Shown piece by piece: positions 1 to 9,187 of a DNA stretch of 64,000 bases. The notes below the pieces were generated by a model that saw only the letters and a program-made list of their open reading frames with translations, was not told the DNA's origin and did no database searches. Each line of letters opens with the position of its first letter. Positions within the stretch are counted from its first letter, which is position 1. The position numbers and the translations under genes were made by a program. The stretch lies in the NCBI GenBank assembly GCA_036170475.1, contig JAVHPE010000161.1, forward strand, positions 5,559 to 69,558, written 5' to 3'. This DNA is from Bacteroidia bacterium (GTDB taxonomy: Bacteria > Bacteroidota > Bacteroidia > 2-12-FULL-35-15).

Positions 1-1631
1 AAATTGAAACACGCTATAGTAATCGTAATATTGGTGCTATACTACTTGCCAGTGATGGACTATATAATAAAGGAGGAAACCCGGTTTATTCTACAAATAA
101 AATAAAAGTACCTGTTTATACCATTGCTCTGGGTGATACAACTGTTAAAAAAGATATTATTCTTTTAAAAGTCGAACACAATCGTTTAGCATATTTAGGG
201 AATAAATTTCCAATGGAGATAGTTGTGAATGCCAAACAACTAAAGGGTAAAACAACAAGGCTTACTATCAATAAAGGAGAAAATACACTTTTTACGCAGA
301 CAATTAATTTTAATTCGGATGCCTTTACTACCACAATTCCTGTTTTGTTAGAAGCGAAAGAAGTTGGGTTGCAACACTACAAAATAAAGCTATCCACACT
401 TTCTGAAGAAGTAAACACAAGCAACAATATGCTCGATATATTTGTTGACGTGCTGGATGCCCGGCAAAAAATATTAATTTTAGCGGATGCCCCACACCCC
501 GATATTGCAGCTATAAAGGAATCCATAGAAGAAAATCAAAATTACGAAGTGGAAAGTTATCTACTTGACAATTTTGACAAATCCATAAAAAAATATAATC
601 TCGTAATCCTTCATCAATTGCCAAATTCACATAATCCCACTACTAAAATCATAAGTGAGTTAAATGTAGCCAACATTCCTGTTTGGTTTTTTTCCGGTGC
701 TACGGTAATTTTAAAAAGTGATTTATCTATTGCCTCTGGCACACAAAAAACGAATGAATGTGAAGCTGTACTGGAACCTAATTTCCCATTATTTACTATC
801 AGTGACGAGTTACGAAAAGCTGTTAAAAGTTTCCCTGCTTTGAGCTGCCCTTACGGTACTTATCCACCCAATAATAATAGCAATACCTTATTTTATCAGC
901 GTATTGGAATAGTGGACACAAAAACTTCATTGTTACATTTTAATATGGTTGGCGAAAATAAAATAGCGATTTTTTCGGGTGAAGGTATCTGGAAATGGCG
1001 TTTGCAGGACTTTGCATCACACGGCAATCATACTTTATTTGATGAGTTAATCTCAAAGACTGTTCAATTCCTTTCATTGAAAGTAGACAAGAGCTTTTTT
1101 AAAATTGCTTGTAAAAATAATTTTCTGGAAAACGAAACAATAGAACTTGAAGCGGAAGTGTATAATGAAAGTTACGAATTGATAAATGAACCAGAGATAA
1201 ACATTACCATCAGTAATGCGGAAAATAAAAAATTTCTTTACACTTTTAGCAAAACAAGTAATTCCTATCGCCTAAATGCTGGTATGATGCCCGTGGGAGA
1301 ATATAAATATGAAGCACAGGTTAAAGTAGGAGAAAAAATCTATCAACAACATGGAGAGTTTAGTGTAAGCGCATTACAAGTTGAATTAACAAATACAGTA
1401 GCTGATCATCAATTGCTTTACGGACTCTCCAAAAAGCATGATGGAGAAATGGTTTATCCAAACGAAATGGGAATATTAGCTAAAAAACTAAACAGTCGAA
1501 CGGATATAAAATCTGTCTCTTATTCACAAAAAAAATTATCTGATTTGATTAATTTAAAGTGGATATTCTTTTTAGTTCTCGCCCTGTTAAGCTTCGAATG
1601 GTTTATGCGTAAACGTAATGGGGCATATTAA
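1..1631 (+). CDS. VWA-domain-like membrane protein; 5' end lies outside the window
   Basis: Frame 3 is open from the window edge (IETRYSNRNIGAILLASDGLYNKGGNPV...), upstream of the ORF-track Met at 213. C-terminal TM helix plus basic tail WIFFLVLALLSFEWFMRKRNGAY is typical of Bacteroidota VWA/Bat-like proteins. Confidence 0.55.
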   Translation, partial: IETRYSNRNIGAILLASDGLYNKGGNPVYSTNKIKVPVYTIALGDTTVKKDIILLKVEHNRLAYLGNKFPMEIVVNAKQLKGKTTRLTINKGENTLFTQTINFNSDAFTTTIPVLLEAKEVGLQHYKIKLSTLSEEVNTSNNMLDIFVDVLDARQKILILADAPHPDIAAIKESIEENQNYEVESYLLDNFDKSIKKYNLVILHQLPNSHNPTTKIISELNVANIPVWFFSGATVILKSDLSIASGTQKTNECEAVLEPNFPLFTISDELRKAVKSFPALSCPYGTYPPNNNSNTLFYQRIGIVDTKTSLLHFNMVGENKIAIFSGEGIWKWRLQDFASHGNHTLFDELISKTVQFLSLKVDKSFFKIACKNNFLENETIELEAEVYNESYELINEPEINITISNAENKKFLYTFSKTSNSYRLNAGMMPVGEYKYEAQVKVGEKIYQQHGEFSVSALQVELTNTVADHQLLYGLSKKHDGEMVYPNEMGILAKKLNSRTDIKSVSYSQKKLSDLINLKWIFFLVLALLSFEWFMRKRNGAY

Positions 1632-1668
1632 TTGAATGCTTAGAACAAAGCAGAGAAAGAACTGCAAT

Positions 1669-2436
1669 TCAAATTACATCCCTTGGATCGTTGTTTGTGT
1701 CGGAGGAGCGTTCCTTACCTTTACCCCGCATCCTGATATTCATCATCTCCACAAACAAAGAAAAAGCTATGGCGGTATAAATAAATGCCTTGTTTATATG
1801 CTGATGAAAGGAATCCAAAATAAGAACGAAGCCTATCATTAACAAAAATGACAACGCTAAAACTTTAATTGTAGGATTTTTATTAATAAAATCACTTACC
1901 TTTTCTGAAAAAACTATCATAATTATCATAGCAATTATTACGGCAAAAATCATTATCAATAAATTAGTTACTAAGCCTACAGCTGTAAGTATGGAGTCAA
2001 ATGAAAATATAATGTCAACCAAAACAATCTGAACCACAATTGCATTAAAACTTATTCTCTTTATTTTTATTTCTGATTCTTCATAACCCTGAATTTTATT
2101 ATGCAATTCGATAGTTGTTTTGTAAAGTAAAAATACACCACCCGAAAATAAAATGACATCCCGGCCCGTAACGCCAAACTCTCCAATAGTGAATAATGCA
2201 TCTTTTAATCCTACAATCCAGGAAATCGACGACAATAAAAATACACGCATTATTAACGCGAGCAATAAACCAGTAGTACGAGCCTTACCCTGCTTTGAAC
2301 GGGGCAATTTGTCGGCTGTTATTGAAATAAAAATTATGTTATCAATTCCCAAAACTATCTCCAAAACGGATAAAGTAAGTAAACTAATTAGTGACGCTAT
2401 TGAAAATAATTCCTGAAAATCCTGAGCTAAATGCAT
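1669..2436 (-). CDS. TerC-family integral membrane protein
   Basis: 255 aa and multi-TM. N-terminal LEIVLGIDNIIFISI motif and repeated hydrophobic helices are characteristic of the TerC/YkoY family. Confidence 0.85.
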   Translation of the reverse strand: MHLAQDFQELFSIASLISLLTLSVLEIVLGIDNIIFISITADKLPRSKQGKARTTGLLLALIMRVFLLSSISWIVGLKDALFTIGEFGVTGRDVILFSGGVFLLYKTTIELHNKIQGYEESEIKIKRISFNAIVVQIVLVDIIFSFDSILTAVGLVTNLLIMIFAVIIAMIIMIVFSEKVSDFINKNPTIKVLALSFLLMIGFVLILDSFHQHINKAFIYTAIAFSLFVEMMNIRMRGKGKERSSDTNNDPRDVI

Positions 2437-2657
2437 AATATGAATTACATTTTTTGCAAAAGTACATACATTTTATTCAACCACATAAAAAACTTAATTT
2501 ACCAATTCTGTTTTTCTGATTCACTTTAGGTACAAAATTTTTAGTGTAGGATTACAGCATTTATAAGCAATTTGAATTCACAAAATATCATACACTTAAT
2601 GTTCGATATATTCACATCCGTTTCCTATCTTTGAAAAACAAATAAAAAAATCCTCAA

Positions 2658-2885
2658 TTGAATACAAACGAAGCAAATCCACAACTTTTATTGCAGTTAG
2701 TAAGTATGCCAATGCCATTTGGTAAATTCAAAGGAACACTGTTATGCAATCTTCCGGTATCCTACCTTGAATGGTTCCAGCGTAAAGGTTTCCCTGAAGG
2801 CAAATTGGGAATGCTTTTACAAACCATGCTTGAAATTAAAATGAATGGTTTGGAATACCTACTAAATCCATTGAAGAAAAAATAA
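2658..2885 (+). CDS. DUF3820-family small protein
   Basis: 75 aa. MPFGKFKGTLLCNLPVSYLEWFQRKGFPEGKLG matches the conserved DUF3820 (QS-regulated virulence factor-like) core. Confidence 0.7.
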   Translation: MNTNEANPQLLLQLVSMPMPFGKFKGTLLCNLPVSYLEWFQRKGFPEGKLGMLLQTMLEIKMNGLEYLLNPLKKK

Positions 2886-2977
2886 ATTTGTAAAAAACAT
2901 AACGAATTAACCATTTGTCTTTTCTCTTATTTTATTAAAGCTAACCTCTGAAATACAACGAATTCATATTAAAATTT

Positions 2978-5323
2978 ATTAAAAGTAAAAAAGAATTCGG
3001 TTTACTTTTTCTTATTTTACTAAGCGGTTGGTTTATATTTTGTCTGCCCTCTCCCCTATTCACCAATAAAACATGCACCGTTTTAGAAGACAACAATGGC
3101 AACCTCCTTTCTGCCCGTATTGCAGATGATGGGCAATGGCGTTTCCCAAATAGTAAACACATTCCCTTAAAATTCATATCAAGTATTGTTCAGTTTGAAG
3201 ATCGTAGTTTTTTTATTCACCCCGGATTTAATCCCTTCGCTTTTGCGCGTGCCATTATTCAAAATATAAAAGCAAAAAAAATAATAAGTGGCGGAAGTAC
3301 ATTGTCCATGCAGGTTATACGACTTTCCAGAAAAAAAAAGGAAAGAACAGTTTTTGAAAAATTAGTAGAAATTATTTTAGCGTTGCGACTGGAGCTAAGT
3401 TATCCAAAATCTGAAATACTCACGCTATACGCTTCCAATGCGCCATTTGGAGGAAATGTAGTTGGAATAGATGCTGCCTCCTGGCGATATTTTGGAAGAG
3501 AGGCAGAAAAACTTTCATGGGCAGAATCGGCAACATTAGCCATTCTCCCTAATTCCCCAAGTTTAATTTACCCGGGGAAAAATCAGGAACGCCTGCTTGC
3601 AAAGCGCAACCGTTTACTCGATCAATTATTTAAAGCGAAAGAAATTGATAAAGAAACATGTGAATTGGGTAAGCAAGAGTCTTTGCCAGGTAAGCCATAT
3701 CCTATTCCGCAAATTGCGCCACATTTATTACAACGTGCTGCAAAAGAAGGATTTACTGGAGAACGCATACTGTCTACAATTGACGGTCATTTACAGGAAC
3801 GTTTAAACGAAATCATCGAAAATCACCATAAAGTCTTAAAAGCAAACGAAATTCACAATGCCTGTGCACTCGTATTGGATGTAAGTACAGGAAATGTTTT
3901 AGCTTATGTTGGGAATACTGATAATACAGGGAAACCAGAATATGAAAGCGACGTAGATGTAATAACCGCTTCAAGAAGTACCGGCAGTATTCTAAAACCT
4001 TTTTTATTCGTTAGCATGCTCAACGACGGAGAATTGCTTTCTACCACATTGATTCCAGATATCCCAACACAAATTGCCGGTTATGTTCCTCAAAATTATA
4101 GTGGCTCTTTTGATGGTGCTGTCCCTGCAAAAAGAGCATTAGCACGTAGCTTGAATATACCTGCTGTTCGTATGCTTCAAAGTTATGGCATAGAAAAATT
4201 TAATTACAACCTAAAAAAAATCGGGATGACTACACTTACTTTTACTCCTGATCATTATGGATTATCAATAATATTAGGCGGTGCCGAAGGTAAATTATGG
4301 GACATCGCTGGAATGTATGCGAGCATGGCACGAACACTTAATAATTATACAACTTATAATGGCAAATATGATAAAGCTGATTTTCATCCTCCTGTTTATA
4401 TTCAACAAAAAAAAAAGAAACCGACCTTTGATGACGCTTCAACTCTTGATGCCGCTTCCATTTATTTAACATTCGAAGCGATGGTTGAAGTATCCAGACC
4501 AGATGAAGATGCCGGATGGAAACAATATACATCAGCAAGTAAAGTAGCCTGGAAAACAGGTACTAGTTTTGGTTACCGCGATGGATGGGCAGTTGGCGTT
4601 ACACCAAAATACGCGGTAGCCGTTTGGGTTGGAAATGCAGATGGGGAAGGTCGTCCCGGACTAATTGGTATTCAAACTGCGGCACCAATTATGTTTGATA
4701 TTTTCAGCCTGTTAAAGCCTGGTAAGTGGTTTCCACCACCTTATGATGAAATGGAAAAAGTAAAAATCTGCCATCAAAGCGGCTGCAGAGCTACGGATAT
4801 TTGCGAACAAATAGATAATAGTTGGATTCAAAAATCGGGGTTGCGTACAGAACCGTGTAAATATCATCGCATGATACATTTGGATGCGTCTGGAAAATTT
4901 CGTGTAAATAGTAATTGTGAAGATGTAAATAAAATGCGACATGTAAGTTGGTTTGTATTGCCTCCTACAATGGAATTGTATTACAAATCAAAAAATGCAA
5001 ATTATAAAGAATTACCTCCATTCAGAAGTGATTGTGAAACAAATGGATTAAATGCGATGGAAATTATTTACCCAAAACAATTCAGTAAAATTTATGTTCC
5101 TGTAGAACTGAATGGCACACTCGGCAAAACAGTTTTTCACGTTGCCCATCGCATGGCAAACAGCATTATATACTGGCACCTGGATGATATTTACATTGGC
5201 AGTACGCAAGGTATTCATCAAATGGCATTAAGTCCGGATGAAGGAATTCACACACTCACTCTGGTAGATGAAACAGGCGAGTCTATAGTTCAAAAGTTTG
5301 AAATAGTAAGCGGAAAGAAATAA
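2978..5323 (+). CDS. pbpC: Penicillin-binding protein 1C (GT51 transglycosylase + transpeptidase + PBP1C C-terminal domain); start codon non-canonical or uncertain
   Basis: Frame is open from 2945. Upstream of the ORF-track start it encodes a TM anchor (GLLFLILLSGWFIFCL) and GT51 motifs (VQFEDRSFFIHPGFNP, GGSTLSMQV). Downstream it shows STGSILKP (SxxK) and a PBP1C-type C-terminus. There is no ATG/GTG/TTG between 2945 and 3301. ATT at 2978 is chosen as the best candidate. Confidence 0.8.
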   Translation: MKSKKEFGLLFLILLSGWFIFCLPSPLFTNKTCTVLEDNNGNLLSARIADDGQWRFPNSKHIPLKFISSIVQFEDRSFFIHPGFNPFAFARAIIQNIKAKKIISGGSTLSMQVIRLSRKKKERTVFEKLVEIILALRLELSYPKSEILTLYASNAPFGGNVVGIDAASWRYFGREAEKLSWAESATLAILPNSPSLIYPGKNQERLLAKRNRLLDQLFKAKEIDKETCELGKQESLPGKPYPIPQIAPHLLQRAAKEGFTGERILSTIDGHLQERLNEIIENHHKVLKANEIHNACALVLDVSTGNVLAYVGNTDNTGKPEYESDVDVITASRSTGSILKPFLFVSMLNDGELLSTTLIPDIPTQIAGYVPQNYSGSFDGAVPAKRALARSLNIPAVRMLQSYGIEKFNYNLKKIGMTTLTFTPDHYGLSIILGGAEGKLWDIAGMYASMARTLNNYTTYNGKYDKADFHPPVYIQQKKKKPTFDDASTLDAASIYLTFEAMVEVSRPDEDAGWKQYTSASKVAWKTGTSFGYRDGWAVGVTPKYAVAVWVGNADGEGRPGLIGIQTAAPIMFDIFSLLKPGKWFPPPYDEMEKVKICHQSGCRATDICEQIDNSWIQKSGLRTEPCKYHRMIHLDASGKFRVNSNCEDVNKMRHVSWFVLPPTMELYYKSKNANYKELPPFRSDCETNGLNAMEIIYPKQFSKIYVPVELNGTLGKTVFHVAHRMANSIIYWHLDDIYIGSTQGIHQMALSPDEGIHTLTLVDETGESIVQKFEIVSGKK

Positions 5324-5543
5324 ACCAATTTTAAAATGTGTAAATTTGAAAACACGCTGATATGCAAATGTTTATTTCAGAACAAGACACAACTTAGGTT
5401 CTCGAAAAATTTGTTAATATCTATGATAACGAATCGGTACCAATATACGAATTGATAGGGTTTCGTAAATTCGTATTAATTCGTATTTCGTAGCTAATGT
5501 GCGTGAAGCTATGTGCGTTTGGTATAATTATCAAATTAATTTT

Positions 5544-6296
5544 ATGACTTTAACCATCAATATCATTTCCGGAATTTTACTATTTCTTCTTGCTCTTTTT
5601 GCATTCAAATATTTGGAAACTTTTTGGCTATATAAAATCAACAAACCCTATAAATGGGAAGAGTCTGTTAAAGATAAAAAGGTTTCATTAAAGCTAAAAT
5701 CGCTTGAACATAGGTACTATGACAAAATTCGCTTTTACAGCATCTGGTTTCAAATTGAACGATTAATAAAGGAAAAGGTAGTAGGAGATTTTGCCGAATT
5801 AGGAGTTCATAAAGGAGAAACTGCAAAACTTATCCATGAAATGAATTCTACTCAAAAATTACACCTATTCGATACGTTTGAAGGATTTAATGAAAATGAT
5901 TTACTATACGAAAACGAACATGGAAGGAAACATACCACTCAGGAATTTTCGGATACCGATTTAGAAACTGTGAAAAAATATATTCATGGAAATGATCATG
6001 TAATTTTTCATCCCGGCTATTTCCCTGCAACATCAATAGGTTTGGAGAATGAAAAATTTTCCTTTGTACATCTTGATGCGGACTTATATTTACCAACTAT
6101 TACAGGATTGAATTTTTTTTATCCACGACTTTCTCCCGGAGGGGTTATTATTGTTCATGATTACAATCATTCTTGGGATGGAATAAAAAAAGCATTTGAT
6201 GAATTTATGCCAACTATTCCAGAAAGTTTAATAGAGCTTACCGACTGGAAAGGAAGCGTAATGATTATGAAAAACAAGACGTTGAATGTAATTTAG
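5544..6296 (+). CDS. TylF/MycF-family (macrocin-O-methyltransferase-like) class I SAM methyltransferase with N-terminal TM helix
   Basis: Motifs AELGVHKGETA, DTFEGF, HLDADLY and GGVIIVHDY. ATG at 5544 is preferred over GTG 5499 because it precedes the TM helix LTINIISGILLFLLALFAF. Confidence 0.7.
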   Translation: MTLTINIISGILLFLLALFAFKYLETFWLYKINKPYKWEESVKDKKVSLKLKSLEHRYYDKIRFYSIWFQIERLIKEKVVGDFAELGVHKGETAKLIHEMNSTQKLHLFDTFEGFNENDLLYENEHGRKHTTQEFSDTDLETVKKYIHGNDHVIFHPGYFPATSIGLENEKFSFVHLDADLYLPTITGLNFFYPRLSPGGVIIVHDYNHSWDGIKKAFDEFMPTIPESLIELTDWKGSVMIMKNKTLNVI

Positions 6297-6357
6297 GCAG
6301 TATCGTTATTTTGCTTTTGATACATCTAGTATTATTATTTATTTTATTTAAAGTACA

Positions 6358-6828
6358 ATGAAAACAGCCTCCATTCATGAGCTTCAAAAGGAACTAAATG
6401 TTCTTGAGCCAAAACAACTGAAGGAGCTTTGTGTACGTTTGGCTAAATACAAAAAAGACAATAAAGAATTAATTTCATATTTACTATTTGAAGCATCCGA
6501 CGAAAAAACTTACATCAAAAATATAAAAGAAGAAATAGATATATTGTTTATTGGAATAAACAGGAATACAGCCTATCTGATAAAAAAAAGTCTTCGCAAA
6601 GTTTTAAGGTTTATTAATAAATTTATCAAATACTCGGGTTCTAAACAAACTGAAATTGAATTGAGAATTTATTTCTGTTTAAAAATAAAAACAACACAAA
6701 TTCCGATCGAAAATAATAGTGTTCTTTCCAACCTTTATAATCGTGAATGCGAAAAAATAAAAACTACCTTCTCAAAATTACATGAAGACCTGCAATATGA
6801 TTATAAAGAGGAATTAGAGAAATTGTAA
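6358..6828 (+). CDS. Hypothetical protein (Lys/Glu-rich, helical)
   Basis: 156-aa ORF with coding-like composition and no recognisable motif. Confidence 0.45.
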   Translation: MKTASIHELQKELNVLEPKQLKELCVRLAKYKKDNKELISYLLFEASDEKTYIKNIKEEIDILFIGINRNTAYLIKKSLRKVLRFINKFIKYSGSKQTEIELRIYFCLKIKTTQIPIENNSVLSNLYNRECEKIKTTFSKLHEDLQYDYKEELEKL

Positions 6829-6923
6829 AGTATTTTAATTTCGTTTTTACGGACATATAAAAATTATTTTTTTACCACCAAGACACTAAGAACCTTAGTT
6901 CGACTAATAATACGAAACTGTTT

Positions 6924-7072
6924 TGGCTAAAGCCCAATAAAATTACTTGTTATTCTACCACGGTCTGAAGACTGCGGCAACAATCCATGCAAATTATTAA
7001 ATCATTTGAAATAATTGCCACGCCTTTTAAGGCATGGATTTGATAGACCCTTGTTATTATTTGGCTTTAGCC
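6924..7072. repeat. Inverted-repeat element with GGCTAAAGCC / GGCTTTAGCC termini and internal hairpins
   Basis: Left arm is tggctaaagcccaataa.. (6924-). Right arm is ..ttattatttggctttagcc (-7072). Internal ccatgc...gcatgg pairing. Confidence 0.35.
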
Positions 7073-7100
7073 TAAATTAACAATCAAACTCAGGTTAAGT

Positions 7101-7320
7101 GGGTGTACGACAAATTTCCCTTTTTTAGAATTGTTCCGTAGGAACATTATATCGGTAGAAAAAATAACAACGAAACAATAAAAGTTCCGTCAGGAACGAA
7201 ACATTCTATATTCCGTGTCTACGACACTTTTATTTCTATAGGAATCAGAACTTCTACCAATATTTAACTCCTAACGGAGTTGGTAAAAAATAAACTAAAA
7301 GGGATATTTGTCGTACACCC
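7101..7320. mobile_element. MITE-like non-autonomous element: 24-bp terminal inverted repeats, flanking GGTTAAG direct repeat, four internal mini-hairpins
   Basis: TIRs are gggtgtacgacaaatTtccctttt (7101-7124) and aaaagggaTatttgtcgtacaccc (7297-7320), with 1 mismatch. GGTTAAG occurs at 7093-7099 and 7321-7327. Hairpins at 7133-7145, 7184-7197, 7215-7227 and 7268-7279. No ORF. Confidence 0.5.
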
Positions 7321-7578
7321 GGTTAAGAATAAAAAAATGAAACTATTTTTAAATCATTACTTTGCGCCTCTGAGTCTTTGCGGTAAATATTGTTTTTTTT
7401 AATTTTAGCAGAAATAAATGTTGAAATATTTCGATAATGGTTACCGCTAATCATAAAAAAATGCTGCAATTCAAGTATTTAGAACAAATTTGGAATAAAA
7501 TAAAATTTGTTAAAATCCTGTTTGACGAATGTTTATAAGTTGAATTACTCTTAACCTTAAATTTTGTAGCTTTGCTCT

Positions 7579-9117
7579 ATGACTGAATTCAAAACAAAAA
7601 TCGATATAAACTCCCACAGACGCACAACTAAACCCATTGCAAATCAACAACTTGTTGAAGGCAAAATGCCTCCTCAGGCAGTAGAATTGGAAGAAGCCGT
7701 TTTAGGAGCCTTAATGCTTGAAAGAGATGCATTAACCAATGTAATTGACATTCTTAAACCGCAAAGTTTTTATAAAGATGCGCATTCACGTATTTTTTCC
7801 GCTATTTACGAATTATTTAACCGATCTGAACCAGTTGATATTTTAACGGTTACACAGGAATTAAAAAAAACCGGAGAGCTGGATATTGTTGGAGGTGCAT
7901 ATTATATTACCAAATTAACCAACCGGGTTGCATCTGCCGCAAATGCCGAGTTTCATGCACGTATTATTTCACAAAAATATATTCAACGAGAGTTGATTCG
8001 TGTTTCAACAAAAACAATAAATGATGCATACGAAGAAGGTTCAGATGTATTTGATTTATTGGATAATGCTGAATCCAGCCTGTTTTCTATTATGGAAGGC
8101 AATATCAAAAAGAATTACGATAAAATGAGTACGCTCATTAATAAAGCTATCAAACAAATTGAAGAAACACAAAAAAACAAGGGAAGCTTTTCTGGTATCC
8201 CTTCGGGGTTAACAGCTTTGGATCGTTTAACCTCCGGTTGGCAAAAGTCCGATCTGGTTATCATTGCTGCAAGGCCGGCAATGGGAAAAACAGCATTGGT
8301 ATTGACGATGGCCCGTAATGCCGCTGTTGATTTTAATAAACCCGTCGCTATTTTTTCTCTGGAAATGTCCTCTTTGCAATTAGTAACCAGACTTATTTCA
8401 AGTGAATCTGAACTTCCTGCAGACAAGTTAAAAAAAGGGAACCTTGAAGATTACGAATTTCAACAACTGAATGATAAAATAAAAAAACTTGCGGAAGCAC
8501 CCTTATTTATTGACGATACACCCGGGTTATCGGTTTTTGAATTAAGAGCAAAAGCACGTAGGTTAAAAGAGCAACATAAAATTGAATTGATCATTGTTGA
8601 CTACCTACAATTGATGACCGCAGGTGGTGAAGGGAAAGGAAACCGTGAGCAGGAAATTGCTACCATATCACGTTCTTTAAAAGGTTTGGCAAAAGAGCTG
8701 GAAATACCTGTTATTGCGCTTGCACAGTTGAGCCGTGCGGTGGAAACAAGAGGAGGAGATAAACGTCCGGTACTTTCCGACTTACGTGAATCCGGCTCCA
8801 TTGAACAAGATGCGGATATGGTAATGTTTATTCATCGCCCGGAATATTATAACATTACTGAGGACTCAGAAGGAAATTCAAATTCCGGTGTTGCGGAACT
8901 GATTATTGCAAAACATCGTAATGGACCTGTCGACTCCGCAAAAACCCGTTTCATTTCACAATTTACTAAATTTACTGATCTGGAAAATTCAGGTCAGGCT
9001 ATGGATTACGGCTCTGCTGATGCCGGACTTACACCATCTCAGGATTTTGGTCAGCCTACTAATTCTGTAATTCGCAAATCAAAAATGAATGATATTGAGG
9101 AGGATCATCCGTTTTAG
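7579..9117 (+). CDS. dnaB: Replicative DNA helicase DnaB
   Basis: N-terminal PPQAVELEEAVLGALML, Walker A ARPAMGKT, Walker B LIIVDYLQLM, and RecA-like C-terminal domain motifs (ALAQLSR, SIEQDAD). Confidence 0.95.
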   Translation: MTEFKTKIDINSHRRTTKPIANQQLVEGKMPPQAVELEEAVLGALMLERDALTNVIDILKPQSFYKDAHSRIFSAIYELFNRSEPVDILTVTQELKKTGELDIVGGAYYITKLTNRVASAANAEFHARIISQKYIQRELIRVSTKTINDAYEEGSDVFDLLDNAESSLFSIMEGNIKKNYDKMSTLINKAIKQIEETQKNKGSFSGIPSGLTALDRLTSGWQKSDLVIIAARPAMGKTALVLTMARNAAVDFNKPVAIFSLEMSSLQLVTRLISSESELPADKLKKGNLEDYEFQQLNDKIKKLAEAPLFIDDTPGLSVFELRAKARRLKEQHKIELIIVDYLQLMTAGGEGKGNREQEIATISRSLKGLAKELEIPVIALAQLSRAVETRGGDKRPVLSDLRESGSIEQDADMVMFIHRPEYYNITEDSEGNSNSGVAELIIAKHRNGPVDSAKTRFISQFTKFTDLENSGQAMDYGSADAGLTPSQDFGQPTNSVIRKSKMNDIEEDHPF

Positions 9118-9187
9118 AAATTCCAGAATTGTTGATTTTTTGATTTGTAGATTTTTGAATTTTTTTTCAAATTCATCAATTATTTTT

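Noticed and set aside
1636-2416. ORF-track entries 1636-1842 (+) and 2153-2416 (+)
   Set aside because: Both lie antisense to, and entirely within, the well-supported TerC-family gene. Their composition is typical of shadow ORFs.
2437-2657. Possible yybP-ykoY manganese riboswitch upstream of the TerC-family gene
   Set aside because: TerC/YkoY genes are classic targets, so I looked on the minus strand. I found none of the conserved GGGGAGUAG-type core or paired-helix architecture. The region is plain AT-rich spacer.
6829-7578. Replication origin (oriC) in the large gap upstream of dnaB
   Set aside because: I saw no TTATCCACA-type DnaA boxes and no dnaA or dnaN nearby. The gap is filled by inverted-repeat elements instead.
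9089-9187. N-terminal extension of the 9089-10456 ORF overlapping the dnaB 3' end
   Set aside because: The extension (MILRRIIRFRNSRIVDFLICRF...) is not signal-like, whereas ATG 9188 starts a textbook signal peptide. The overlap is an ORF-caller artefact.
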